A DNA stretch of 64,000 bases from Octopus vulgaris. Its lineage: Eukaryota. The position numbers and the translations under genes were made by a program. The stretch lies in the NCBI GenBank assembly GCA_951406725.2, contig OX597826.1, positions 47,678,001 through 47,742,000 of the forward strand, given 5' to 3'. Under the pieces are notes generated by a model that did not search any database, had not been told where the DNA came from, and saw nothing but the letters and a program-made list of their open reading frames with translations. Of the stretch, positions 52,503-64,000 are shown piece by piece; within the stretch, counting starts at the first letter, position 1; the number at the start of each line of letters is the position of its first letter.

Positions 52503-53575
52503 ACTTTCTTTCTCTGTTCTCTTCTTAGTTTTCATTTCATTATTTTTCAGTTTCCTGATTTTTCTCTTTCTCCCTCTCTCTCTCTCTCTCTATCTGTCTC
52601 TTTCTCTATCTCTCTTCATCTTCCTTTTTTACTATCTCTCTTTCTCTCTTTTTTCGCTCTCTCTCTCTCTCTCTATCCATCTCTCTTTCTATCTCTCTCC
52701 CTCTCCCTCTGTCTATCTGTCTCCCTCTCTATCTCTCTTCATCTTTCTCTCTCTTTTTTCAATCTCTCTCCCTCTTTCTCTCTGTCTATCTGTCTCTCTA
52801 TCTCTCTTCCTCTTCTTTTTTACTATCTCTCTTTCTCTCTTTTTTCGCTCTCTCTCTCTCTGTCTCTCTCTCTGTCTATCTGTCTTTCTATAACTCTCTC
52901 CCTCCCTCTGTCTATCTCTCTCTCTCTCTATCTCCCTCTCTATCTCTCTTTTTTCAGTCTCTCTCTCTCTTTCTCTATATCACAAACATAAACATATACA
53001 CATACGCAGACAGAAAATACACTGATTTCCAAACAAAACGCACATACATGCAACAATAAACAAATATAATGTCCAACAAAATCACACATAGCATACACAC
53101 ATACTTACACAAATGCAAATATTCACACACACAACTGTAAATACACACACAAATACAGATACACACACACACACAAATATAAATAGACAAATACTTACAC
53201 AAATACAAATACACACATACACAGCTGCAAATACACAGATACTATCACAAACACAAATATACACATACTCACACAAAAACCTATCAACTATGAGAAAATC
53301 TTTCAATAAACAGCTTAAATTTTAAATAAACAATTAAACTGAATCACATTATCCGATAGTGTATATTGACCTATTAACCGAAGGGTTTTGGTGTTCAAAC
53401 CACACCAGTGACATTGAATGGTCCACAAATTGTTACATTCACAAAGCACAGGACCATCAGTGATGAAGCCATCATCATCAGCATCATCATCATCATCATC
53501 ATCATCATCAACATCATCAACATCATCATCGACGTCATCATCGCCATCGTCGTCGTCGTCGTCATCATCATTTAA

Positions 53576-53797
53576 CCCTTTTGTTACCAACCCCGCTGAA
53601 ACCGGCTCTGGCTCTGTTGTACAAATGTCTTGTTTTCTTAAAGTTTTAATTAAAATCTTCCACCAAACCTCAGTCACAATTTATGTTCCTAACACTAGCT
53701 GAATGATAACTAAGTTATTTTACTAAATTCTTTGTTATATTTAAAATTAATTGAAAGAAACACAGAGCATCTCAAAATAAATACAGTAATGAAAGGG
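53576..53797. mobile_element. piggyBac-type MITE
   Basis: TTAA|ccctttt gttac ... gtaatgaaaggg|TTAA; inserted in the tail of a family C copy. Confidence 0.85.
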
Positions 53798-53801
53798 TTA
53801 A

Positions 53802-54560
53802 CATCTGTTTTCCACACTGGCATGGATTGGATGGTTTGACTGAAAACTGGTAAGCCGAGGAGCTGCACCAGGTTCCAATCTGATTTGGTATGGTTTCTAC
53901 AGCTGGATGCCCTTCCTATCACCAACCACTCCAAGAGAGTGTAGTGGGTGCTTTTTATGTGCCACTGGCATGAGTACCAGTTACAAAACACCAGCATCAG
54001 CCACGACTACAATCTCACTTTGCTTGATGGTATATCACCCAAGGTTTTGGTCACTTGTCACTACTTCCGTGAGGCCCAGTGTTCAAAGGGTGCTTTTTAT
54101 GTGCCACTGGCACGAGTCACAACTACGATTTCACTTGGTGTGATGAGTCTTCCCCAGCACTGCATATTGCTCAATGTTCAAAGAGAGCTTTTTTACATGC
54201 CACCACCGGCACAAGTGCCAGTTGCACAACACTGATATCAGCTATGACTACAATTTCAGTTAGCTTGAGGGGTTTTCTCAAGCTCCACATATCACCCAGC
54301 ATTTGAAGGGCACTTTTACATTCCACTTGCTCAAGTGCCAACTATGCAACACTGGCATCAGCCATGACTACAATCTCACTTGGCTTGAGGGGTCTTCTGA
54401 AGCTCCACATATCACCCGACATTTGAAGGGCGCTTTTACATGCCACTTGCACAAGTGCCAATTATGCAACACTGGCATCAGCCGCAACTTTGATTTCACT
54501 TGGCTTGATAGATCTTTTCATGCACAGCATATCACCAAAGGTCTCAGTCATTTGTCATTG
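53802..54560 (-). mobile_element. family C element with a 5' tandem array of about five ~100-140-bp units
   Basis: gcttttWaYRtgccac motif recurring at about 53950, 54092, 54188, 54310 and 54430. Confidence 0.8.
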
Positions 54561-55312
54561 GCCATCTACTCATATTCTGTCACTGGATGTACAAGGCTTA
54601 ATTCTGGGTAGCAATGAAACCTAGCATCCAGAGAGCATAGAGGTGGAGGCTTTTGTGCAGTTATTTGATCTTTTACTAATGGCTAAATCTTCGACCTATC
54701 ACATACAACTGCTTTTATAAAATAAATTTTAAATGAATCACAAAGCTGGCATTTTTCTTTATTTTTTTGTTTTTTTAATTTCATAAAATACAGGACATAT
54801 TGTATAATGTAATCAATAACTTGTATTTGATGAGAAAAAAGCTGGGATGATTATGGTGGAACCAACTTTAATCGAAGGTTGTCTGGGGCTAAACAGAATA
54901 CAAAAGGAACCTCTACAAGGATGCTCTTCCCGATAAAAATAGCAGCTGAATCTACCTCAAATCAGACTCCACAAATGGTATGCCATGACAGTGCCTCTGC
55001 TACTTCATCAGAAATTAAACACTTAATGGATACAAAATAGACTTTAAAATTAGGGATTAAATATAATAAATTTCTATCCCTTCAAATGTACAATGTCTTA
55101 CATCAACTTGGGAATTCTCTTCTCATTACTTCAGCAATTACAATAAATGAAAATGCTATACTTATCTGATGATGTCTTGTAAAGTCAAAGCACACCTGGA
55201 GTTATCTTTAAGCTGACTGAAATCAATAAGACATTAGTCACTGAGCAAAGGCCAGTTTTTTTTTATCTCATAAATTATTTTAAACTGGACTTCTGGATGC
55301 TTAATTCATTGA

Positions 55313-55532
55313 CCCTTTAGCATTCAAACTACTTTATCAAATGTAATGCTTATTTATTCACATTGTTTTGAATTAATCATGCATTATCTCATAGCTTTGA
55401 AATTTCAATGATGTGATTGTTAATTTCTAGAATGACATTGTTGGATAAGTGCAATGGGTTGGACATGGCCAGTTTGAACATAAAATGGATAGAATATTTT
55501 GGCTGGATATGGTCAGTCTAAACGCTAAAGGG
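55313..55532. mobile_element. piggyBac-type MITE, second family
   Basis: TIR ccctttagcattcaaact / agtctaaacgctaaaggg; decayed TTAA flanks. Confidence 0.75.
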
Positions 55533-56422
55533 TTTAAGATGCTAACACTGACTCAACTATTGGATCTCATGCAGATGGTACCTCAGAATAATTTGTATTA
55601 CTGATTTACTTCAGAATTCTTTGTATTTCACTTTGACCCTTAATATTCTACTTCTGACTGTGGTCTATAACTTCAAGTGGAATGAGAATGGCCAGGCTCT
55701 TGGTCACAGGTGGTTGATTTTATTTCAAGGTACATCAGGTGAAAAGCGTAAAGTTTTGATTATTAGAATAATGGGAAAGATATAAGGTTGAGTATCACTG
55801 CAGGTAGTGTTCTATGAAAGTTAATTTTCCATAATATATTTCGTATAATAAGTTAATGCAAGAAGCTATGCTTTAATAATTAGGATGACACTGATCTTAA
55901 AGTATTGGCTCTGGTCTTGTAGAGGGAAGATTTCAGTAGAAGAAAGTTCACTATATTTTATATATTATTTACACTATTTTGGGTGTACAAAAAGACAGGA
56001 GTTCTGAATAGAGCAATGTCCAAAGACAGTGAATTGGTAGTTGTTAGAGTTGGTAGTCGTTAGTAAATTGCTTTACAATATTTGATCAGATTCTCTTTGT
56101 TCTGAGTTCAAACCCTGCTGAGATCAATTTTACCTTTCCTCTTTTCAGAGTTGATAAAAATGTATTGATGTACCAATACTGGGAAGTGGATTGATGAAAA
56201 TATTAGAAGGTAGAACTAAATGCCTTGTATCATCCGTCCTAGGTGACTGCTTTCAGTACTTTTAGTACGTTCAGACAGCAATGACCTGCTTTATTGGCCC
56301 TTTTCCACAGTCTTACCCTTGGATGAATATGAGCAATATCAAGTGAAGGGACTTGTATGTACAGGCAGCAATCAGTCTTCCTAAAAGGAAATCTTGCCTA
56401 TGTGAAGACCAACATGTGTAAA

Positions 56423-56830
56423 GGTGGCAAGCTGGCAGAAATGTTAGCACACCGGGCAAAATGCTTAGCGGTATTTTGTCTGTCTTTACATTCTGAGTTC
56501 AAATTCCGCCGAGGTCAACTTTGCCTTTCATCCTTTCGGGGTCGATTAAATAAGTACCAGTAACGAACTGGGGTCGATGTAATCGACTTGAGCTGTTTGT
56601 CTGTCCTTGTTTGTCCTCTCTGTGTTTAGCCCCTTGTGGGTAATAAAGAAATAGGTATTTCATCTGTCTTTACATTCTGAGTTCAAATTTCGCCAAGGTC
56701 GACTTTGCTTTTCATCCTTTCGGAGTCAATAAATTAAGTACCAGTTATGCACTGGGGTCGATGTAATCAACTTAATCTCTTTGTCTGTCCCCTCTATGTT
56801 TAGCTCCTTGTGGGCAATAAAGAAATAAGA
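56423..56830 (+). mobile_element. dimeric SINE family B
   Basis: 12-bp TSD aacatgtgtaaa encloses a headed plus a headless unit. Confidence 0.9.
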
Positions 56831-57344
56831 AACATGTGTAAATTCATGGTCCATATGAACAATTGAGGACAGAGATTAATGTTGTGGAAACCCAGGATAT
56901 AACTTTTGATAGTATTTCACAAGAATCTAAGATTTCGTATTTGATTTTGTAAAACAACATAAAAGAATCATATCACAAATTTTGATCCAGAAATTTTACT
57001 AATTGGAAAGCCAAAGATCAGTAAAGGATTTAGATAATCTATAAAAGAGAAAAGAGATTCTTGGATTTGAAACAGGGATTTTGTAAAATCAAGAATAGTA
57101 ATTTTGATTTGTTTCTTTATGCATCTAGTATGCATTTAATTTATACACACTGTTTAGAATAATTTTGATCTGCAGTTATCTTAACATAATTTTATTCCAA
57201 TACTGAAAACTGTTATCATTGGAACAAGCAGGAAGAACGTTCTTGAAACATAATCAGTGATAGTAACCAAAATACTTGTCAAGATGGAATATTTTAAAAG
57301 AAATTTAAAATAGAAAAGAAATAAAAAACTAACAACACAAGGAC

Positions 57345-57391
<47 letters not shown>

Positions 57392-57702
57392 GTGTTACAA
57401 AACAAAATAGAAAAAAGACCATTCGTCTGATAAAACTTTATCGCAAACCAGTCAAACAATAAAGAGATGGAGGTCTGTTATCAAGAGTTTGCTTGTGTCC
57501 CTCAATTTTGCTTGAGTATTAACAGAGGGATAAGAGTTTAACTTAATCCAGATTTAGCCAACAGCTAGAGAAAGTACTTAATTCACATATCAGTTTTAAA
57601 CACTTAAATAACAACCCTGGTGAATTAGTAATCAATTCTGATGTTAAAAAAAAAAGAATTAATCTAATTTTTTCTATTTCCATGTTGTTGTTGGTGTTGT
57701 TG

Positions 57703-57754
<52 letters not shown>

Positions 57755-57850
57755 TATTATTATTATTATTACTACTATTATTATTATTATTATTATCACT
57801 ATTATTATTATTATTATTATTATTACTATTATTATTATTATTATTATTAC

Positions 57851-57917
<67 letters not shown>

Positions 57918-58502
57918 CATTATTATTACTACTACTTATGGCTGTGATTATTATTATTATTATTATTATTATTACTTGTTGCTGTTATTTGTTATTTTGT
58001 TTCATATTGACAAGGAGAAACACTGGAAGACTTCTTGGATTGGAAATAATTAAATAAATAAATAAAAGTCTTTAACTACCATAAAAACTGATTGTCAAAA
58101 CTATTTCTACCCAGCACCCAGCATGTATACAAAAAATAAAAAGTGTTAAATTGATGATGAGACTCTCTACTGGGTCACCTGATCCCTACTGGAAATAGCA
58201 GCCTCATCAACCTCAAATCACACAATATCACCTTTTTAAAAGGAAGATTAAATGATGTAACACAGAGGAAATAAAATAGCAGATAATAGCAACTGGAAGA
58301 CCTTTGGTCAAGAATGTTTGTCCAAGATTTATTTGCAGTTAAACACTAGCAGCATATAATTCAAGACAAAGACCAAAAGTCCCAATTCAGCTTCAATTCC
58401 ATGCATACTTCATTATTGTTATCATATAGCTATTTCAGCTGATAATAATATTCACATCAATTGACCATCTATTATTTTACCTTACCAATAATAGATCTTC
58501 TT

Positions 58503-58735
58503 ATTTCTTTATTACCCACAAGGGGCTAAACACAGAGAGGACAAACAAGGAGAGACAAGGGGGTTAAATCGATTACATCGACTCCAGTGCGTAACTGGTA
58601 CTTAATTTATCGACCCCGAAAGGATGAAAGGCAAAGTCGACCTCAGCAGAATTTGAACTCAGAACGTAATGGTAGACAAAATACCGCTAAGCATTTTGCC
58701 CAGTGTGCTAACGTTTCTGCCAGCTCACCATCTTT
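58503..58735 (-). mobile_element. SINE family B
   Basis: 16-bp TSD aataatagatcttctt. Confidence 0.9.
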
Positions 58736-59591
58736 TAATAATAATAATAGATCTTCTTGTTAAATACAAACCTTTCATAAACTCTCCTGAGAATTTTGAA
58801 ACTGATGTGTAGTTTTATTTAATGATATGAAGTGGATGAATGTTATATATTCCCCTGGATAAAACGCCAGTCTACAATATTCTTAGAATTATTAGTCTTC
58901 CTTTCCCTGTCAGCTAAGTTAACTGAAATAATATAGAAAAATTGTTTTTTGTTCATAAACACAACAGAATGTCAGCAGCAGTTTTGAACTTGTGACCTAT
59001 GAGAAAGCAGTCCAGTTCCTTATCAACACATCTATTTAGTCTCTGTGATTATGTTGCTGTTATAAATGTTCTTATTTTATTATTAAAAAAGAAAAAAACT
59101 GAGAATTCTAAGGTGTTACCTGATGTAATCTGAGTAAATCCTATTTAAAAAATATATAGACACAGGTATGGCTGCATGGTAAGAAGTTTGCTTCCCAACC
59201 ACATGGTTTAGGGTTCAATTCTACTGTATGGCATGTTGGACAAGTGTTTTCTACTATAGCCTCAGGTCAATCAGTACCTCGTGAGTGGATTTGGTAGATG
59301 GAACCTGAAAGAAGCCCATTGTATATGTATGTGTAAATATATATATATATGTATGTATGTATGTATATCATCATCATTTAATGTCAATTGTCTATACTGG
59401 CATGTGTTGGACAGTTTGACCAGAGCTGGCAAGCTGGGGAGCAGCACCAGTCTCTCGTCTGATTTGGCATGATACCCTTCCTAACACCAACCACTTTACA
59501 AAGTGTGCTAGTTACTTTTATATATGTGTGTATGTGTATACACACACATATGTATATATTTATACACTCACAAACAAACATGTATATGTAA

Positions 59592-59642
<51 letters not shown>

Positions 59643-60472
59643 CACACACATAGAGACATGGATAAATATATATATGTGTGTATATATGTGCGTGAAAAAA
59701 TTAAAATGCTTTTAGACAAACAGAGATCAATAAGAATATTTGTATGAACTAAAAACAGAGTCAATATGATCAACTAGAATATTTTGATGGTGATGCCCCA
59801 GCATCACCGTAGTCTGATGACTGAGCCCAGTCAAACAATAAAATCCATGGGATATTTTAACAGTAATATATCTGATAGTGACCCATTGTTATAGTTTAAC
59901 TATTAACATGTATATTGGATGTCAGAATAAGTATACTGTGTCCTTGTATGTGTTAATACATGAATGTAAGTGGGTGGCATCAGGAAGAATGTCTGGATAG
60001 AAGGCATTGCTTCAGAGAGATCCCATTCAATCATAATCAGGATTATGATGGTTGTTGTGGTGGCAGTGATAATGATGATGGATATGATGCTGTTGATCAG
60101 GCTCAGGATCGTGATAATTAGATGATGATGATGATGATGAGAAGGAGGAAGGGGGTGATGATGATGATGATGATGAGGAGGAGGAGGAGGAGGTGGAGGA
60201 TAGTGGTGGCCGACATGATAATGATGTAAACAGTCAAATATTTCCATATATATTTATATATGAGGGTCATCTAATTTCAGTATAATTTCCCTCTCCTCTC
60301 CTTCTCTGAATCTCTCATTTTCTTTCTCTTATCCCTCTCTTTCTCTCTCTCTCTCTACATATACACATTTGTAACTTGAGAGAGAGAAAGGGCAAAAGAT
60401 CTATATTTTCTATATCTACTTGTGTAACTTATGCACATATCTATCTATCTATCTATCTATCTATCTACTACT

Positions 60473-60503
<31 letters not shown>

Positions 60504-60529
60504 TCACACACCTACACATACATACACAG

Positions 60530-60565
<36 letters not shown>

Positions 60566-60872
60566 CATACATACACATATATAATCATTGACTTAGATAT
60601 TTCCGTATAATATATCTGTAGTTTAGTCAGGTATTTTACAACACACTTAATAGTACCCCTACACAATATCTTAAACTCAACATATGTAAGTTATTGACGC
60701 AGCAGGATACACTCACAATTCGTTTAATCATTTTTCACTTCAAAAGCAAAGGATTTTAAACTGAACAAAAGTCACACCATGAAGAAATATCGAAACCTCT
60801 TTTTATATGCTCTGCAATAAAAGTGACTTACTTTTCACAAGTGATATACGCCGATATGCGATGAAAATAATT

Positions 60873-61465
60873 GTAGGCACAAGGCCAGAAATTTTGAAGG
60901 TAGGAATGGGTTGTTTACATCGATCCCAGTACTTGACTGGTGTTTATTTTATCGACCTCGAAAAGATAAACAGCAAAATTGACCTTGGCAAAATTTGATC
61001 TCAGAATGTAAAGACAGACAAAAGGCAATCATCATCATCGTTTAACCGCCGCTTTCCATGCTGGCATGGTTTGGATGGTTTGACTGAGGATTGGCAAACC
61101 AGGAGACTGCACCAAGCTCCAATCTGATCTGGCAAGGATTCTACAGCTGGATGCCCTTCCTAACGCTAACCACTCTGAGAGTGTAGTGGGTGCATCTTAC
61201 GTGCCACCAACGCTGGCATCGACCACGCTCAAATTATGCTTTTTACACACCACCAGCACGAGAGCCAGCCAGGCAGCACTGGCATCAGCCACACTTGAAT
61301 GGTGCTTTTTACATGCCACTGGTATGAGAGAAAAGAAAAGCACCATTCGAGCATGGTCGATGCCACCACTAAGTGATAATGGTGATGGATATGATGCTGT
61401 TGATCGCGATCAGGATCGTGATAATGGTTCTGTGTGCTAATGGTTCTGCCAGCTCACTGTCTTAA
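60873..61465 (-). mobile_element. SINE B interrupted by a family C element (61029 to ~61330)
   Basis: The family B head resumes at 61431-61465. Confidence 0.75.
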
Positions 61466-63635
61466 CATACAATGGTAATGATGCTTGCTTGTAGAGTAAG
61501 AAAAATTCGTTCAAATTTTGGTGAAAAATAACGGTATTGAAGGAAGATGAGAATCTAAGACAGAAGAATTAAATGATTTGTTTGTGTATCTCTCTCTCTC
61601 TCTCTCTTGCTTCTACTTTTCTTTTGCTTTTATTTCTATTTGTTTCAGTCATTAGATTGTGATCATGCTGGGGCACCACCTTGGAGAATTTTTAGTCGAA
61701 TGACTATGTTTTGTTAAGCCTAATATGTATTCCATCAGTTCTGTTTTGCTGGACTACTAAGTTTTGGGGATATAAGTACACCAACACTGGTTGTCAAGTG
61801 GTAGTGGGGGGACAAACAAAAGACACACGCCCATATGTGTGTGTGTGTATGTGTAGGTGTGTGTGTGTTTACATTTGTTGTTAAATTGAGTATTGTGTCC
61901 CACTATGTTTCAGAGTTAGCAGTTCATCAAGCAGAGATCTATAAAATAAATACCAGATTCAAATACGTACTGAGGTCAGTATGACCAATTCAATTTTTGA
62001 TGGTGACACCCCATCATGGTGACAGTCAAAAGACTAAACCCAGTAAAATAATATTTAAAGACTTAATGGCTTCAAATTCAAGGTAATGGATTATTAACCA
62101 TAAGATAATGAATTGAAAACTTCTTATTGAATTTCCACTCTATATGATACCACTATATGTACTTCCAACAATCAACAATTGTAATTTAAAGGTGAATAGT
62201 TAGCAGTAAGAAAGCTGTCCAGATTTCTTTAAAAATATTGTGCAAAATATTCTGAGAAAAAGCAATTTTTTTCACCATAACAAAACACACACACACACAC
62301 ACACACACAAGTCTTTGTTAAAACACACCCTTTCTTCAAAACAAAGACAGATTTACAGTATTTCAGGAAGGAAAATAAGCTATGTGATGGGTCTGCTACA
62401 TCAGAGGCAACTCTGGGCTAAACAAAACACAGACAAACATACTGAACATTAAAAGATTATCTACTAAACAATACTAATACAGTTCATTCCCTTCAAATTT
62501 TCATTCCCTGGTAAAACTCCATGTATTTTAAACATTTTTTCATCATGCTCTACGACATAAAAATTGTTCCCTTAGTTAAAGACCTCAAAATTGTGTGACC
62601 CGATCTCATTTTTGAGGTAATTTTTGTTGAAAAAAAAGAGTTGTTGTGCAAATTCCATTCTTTATTTGGTAGCTGAAAGGTTACTGAATCTTTTGATACC
62701 TCATAGGTCAAAATCAACAACTCAGTTTTCAAATCCATAAAGAACGTGGACTATTGTAATGTAAAATCAAATGTCTTGCTCAAGGATGCAATGCAAAACC
62801 CAATCCAAGAATCACTACCTCAACTTTATGATCATGAATACATCTTTCATGATGTCACATTCATGCTAACCACATGCTTTCACTTTCTTAGTTATTATGG
62901 TTTCAAATTTTGGTATAGGGCCAGTAGCTTTTGAGGGAAGTGAAGAATTAATAACATTGGCCCCAGCACTTGCCTGGTACTTGTTTTACTAACTTCAAAA
63001 CAATGAAAGGCAAAGTCAGCCATGGCAGAATTTGAACTCAAAATGTAAAAGACAGAGGAAATGCCACTAAGTGTTTTGTCCAACACAAAAGCATTTCTGC
63101 CAACTTGCAAATTTCTAAGTTATAATGATCACAAAATGCTGTACTAATATGTTAAATTTTCTATCTTAAATGCAGAACATTTTTTACAAAATTATGAAAC
63201 AGTAGTAATATCTAGTTTCTGCTGGTCTTATGCCAAAATTTGAAATCAATATCTACAGTTTCTCTTTATCACACAAAAAAAAAAAAAAAAAATTTTTCAA
63301 ACTACAAAATTATAACTGAAGATGAAACAACCAAAACTGTTACATACAGAAAACAAAACAAAAAAGAAATTTGTAAAATTACGATTGTCCATGTCCAATA
63401 ATACATAAAAAAAGGTTAAGTATAATTCTCTACTAATTTTAAAATGAAAACCAGATGTTCTCTAGTTCTGAACCTAAGCAGAGAATAGTTGTCTCTTGAA
63501 CACTGATCAAATTCTCTCTTCATTTAGTCTTTTACTGTTTTTTACTTTCTGTTTCCATCCAAGGTTGATATATTAAGACTAATATTTTACATAAGATGGG
63601 AAGTGAGTGATACTGGATTTATTTATAGGGTTCTG

Positions 63636-64000
63636 AACATATAGGTTACTTCTAACCATTGAAGGGGGTACATCTTTTATGTGGTAGGTTTGTATGAGAA
63701 TAGCTGTCCAATGTTGCTAAGATGGATTATATCATAAACATTTTTAAGGTTAAATCTTAGCACTATAATATGAATATCTTCTATGCCATAACTCTGCATA
63801 AGAAGGTGACCAAGATTGCTAAGATGAGCAATCTTGTATATATTTTTCTGGTATAGTTAGATCACAGCTTTGATTTCCCTAGGACTCGAGACAGAGATAC
63901 CATGGGTTGCTGATGATACTAAACATATGGGTTACTTCTAAGAATTCAAGGGACTACATCTTCTATGCCACAAGTCTCTATAAGAATAGTTGGCCAAATT
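63636..64000. repeat. old degenerate tandem repeat (3 units visible)
   Basis: atcttYtatg..atRagaa..ccaa..ttgctaagatg recurs near 63672, 63776 and 63958. Confidence 0.6.

Noticed and set aside
53940-54560. CRISPR-like repeat-spacer array
   Set aside because: Eukaryotic context, spacers are homologous to each other, and there are no cas genes.

Overview
AT-rich eukaryotic DNA saturated with repeats, most likely from an octopus (Octopus sp.). This assignment is inferred from tRNA-derived SINE families I recognise and from the extreme (TA)n/(AAT)n/(TG)n load. I can support no intact host protein-coding exon; almost all ORFs in the track are microsatellite read-throughs. Identifiable content: four SINE-like families (my labels A-D) in dozens of copies; relics of RTE, CR1, Dong/R4-like and Hero-like LINEs; a decayed Chapaev3-like (CMC) transposase; an internally deleted Tc1 element; a non-autonomous Helitron; hAT- and piggyBac-type MITEs; and several Penelope-type fragments carrying minimal type I hammerhead motifs. 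Main discovery: a hammerhead ribozyme core (NUH, GAAA, CUGAUGA) whose strands occur in an order that is not one of the three circular permutations (types I/II/III) and would have to fold as a pseudoknot. It occurs four times, in two unrelated retroelement families (22.2, 22.9 and 44.6 kb; Hero 3' UTR at 26.8 kb), with compensatory base changes. Also notable: several locally templated insertions, two LINE-SINE shared 3' tails, a multimeric SINE, and a CpG-rich core flanked by CpG-depleted domains. All structures were assigned by eye and none was computed.
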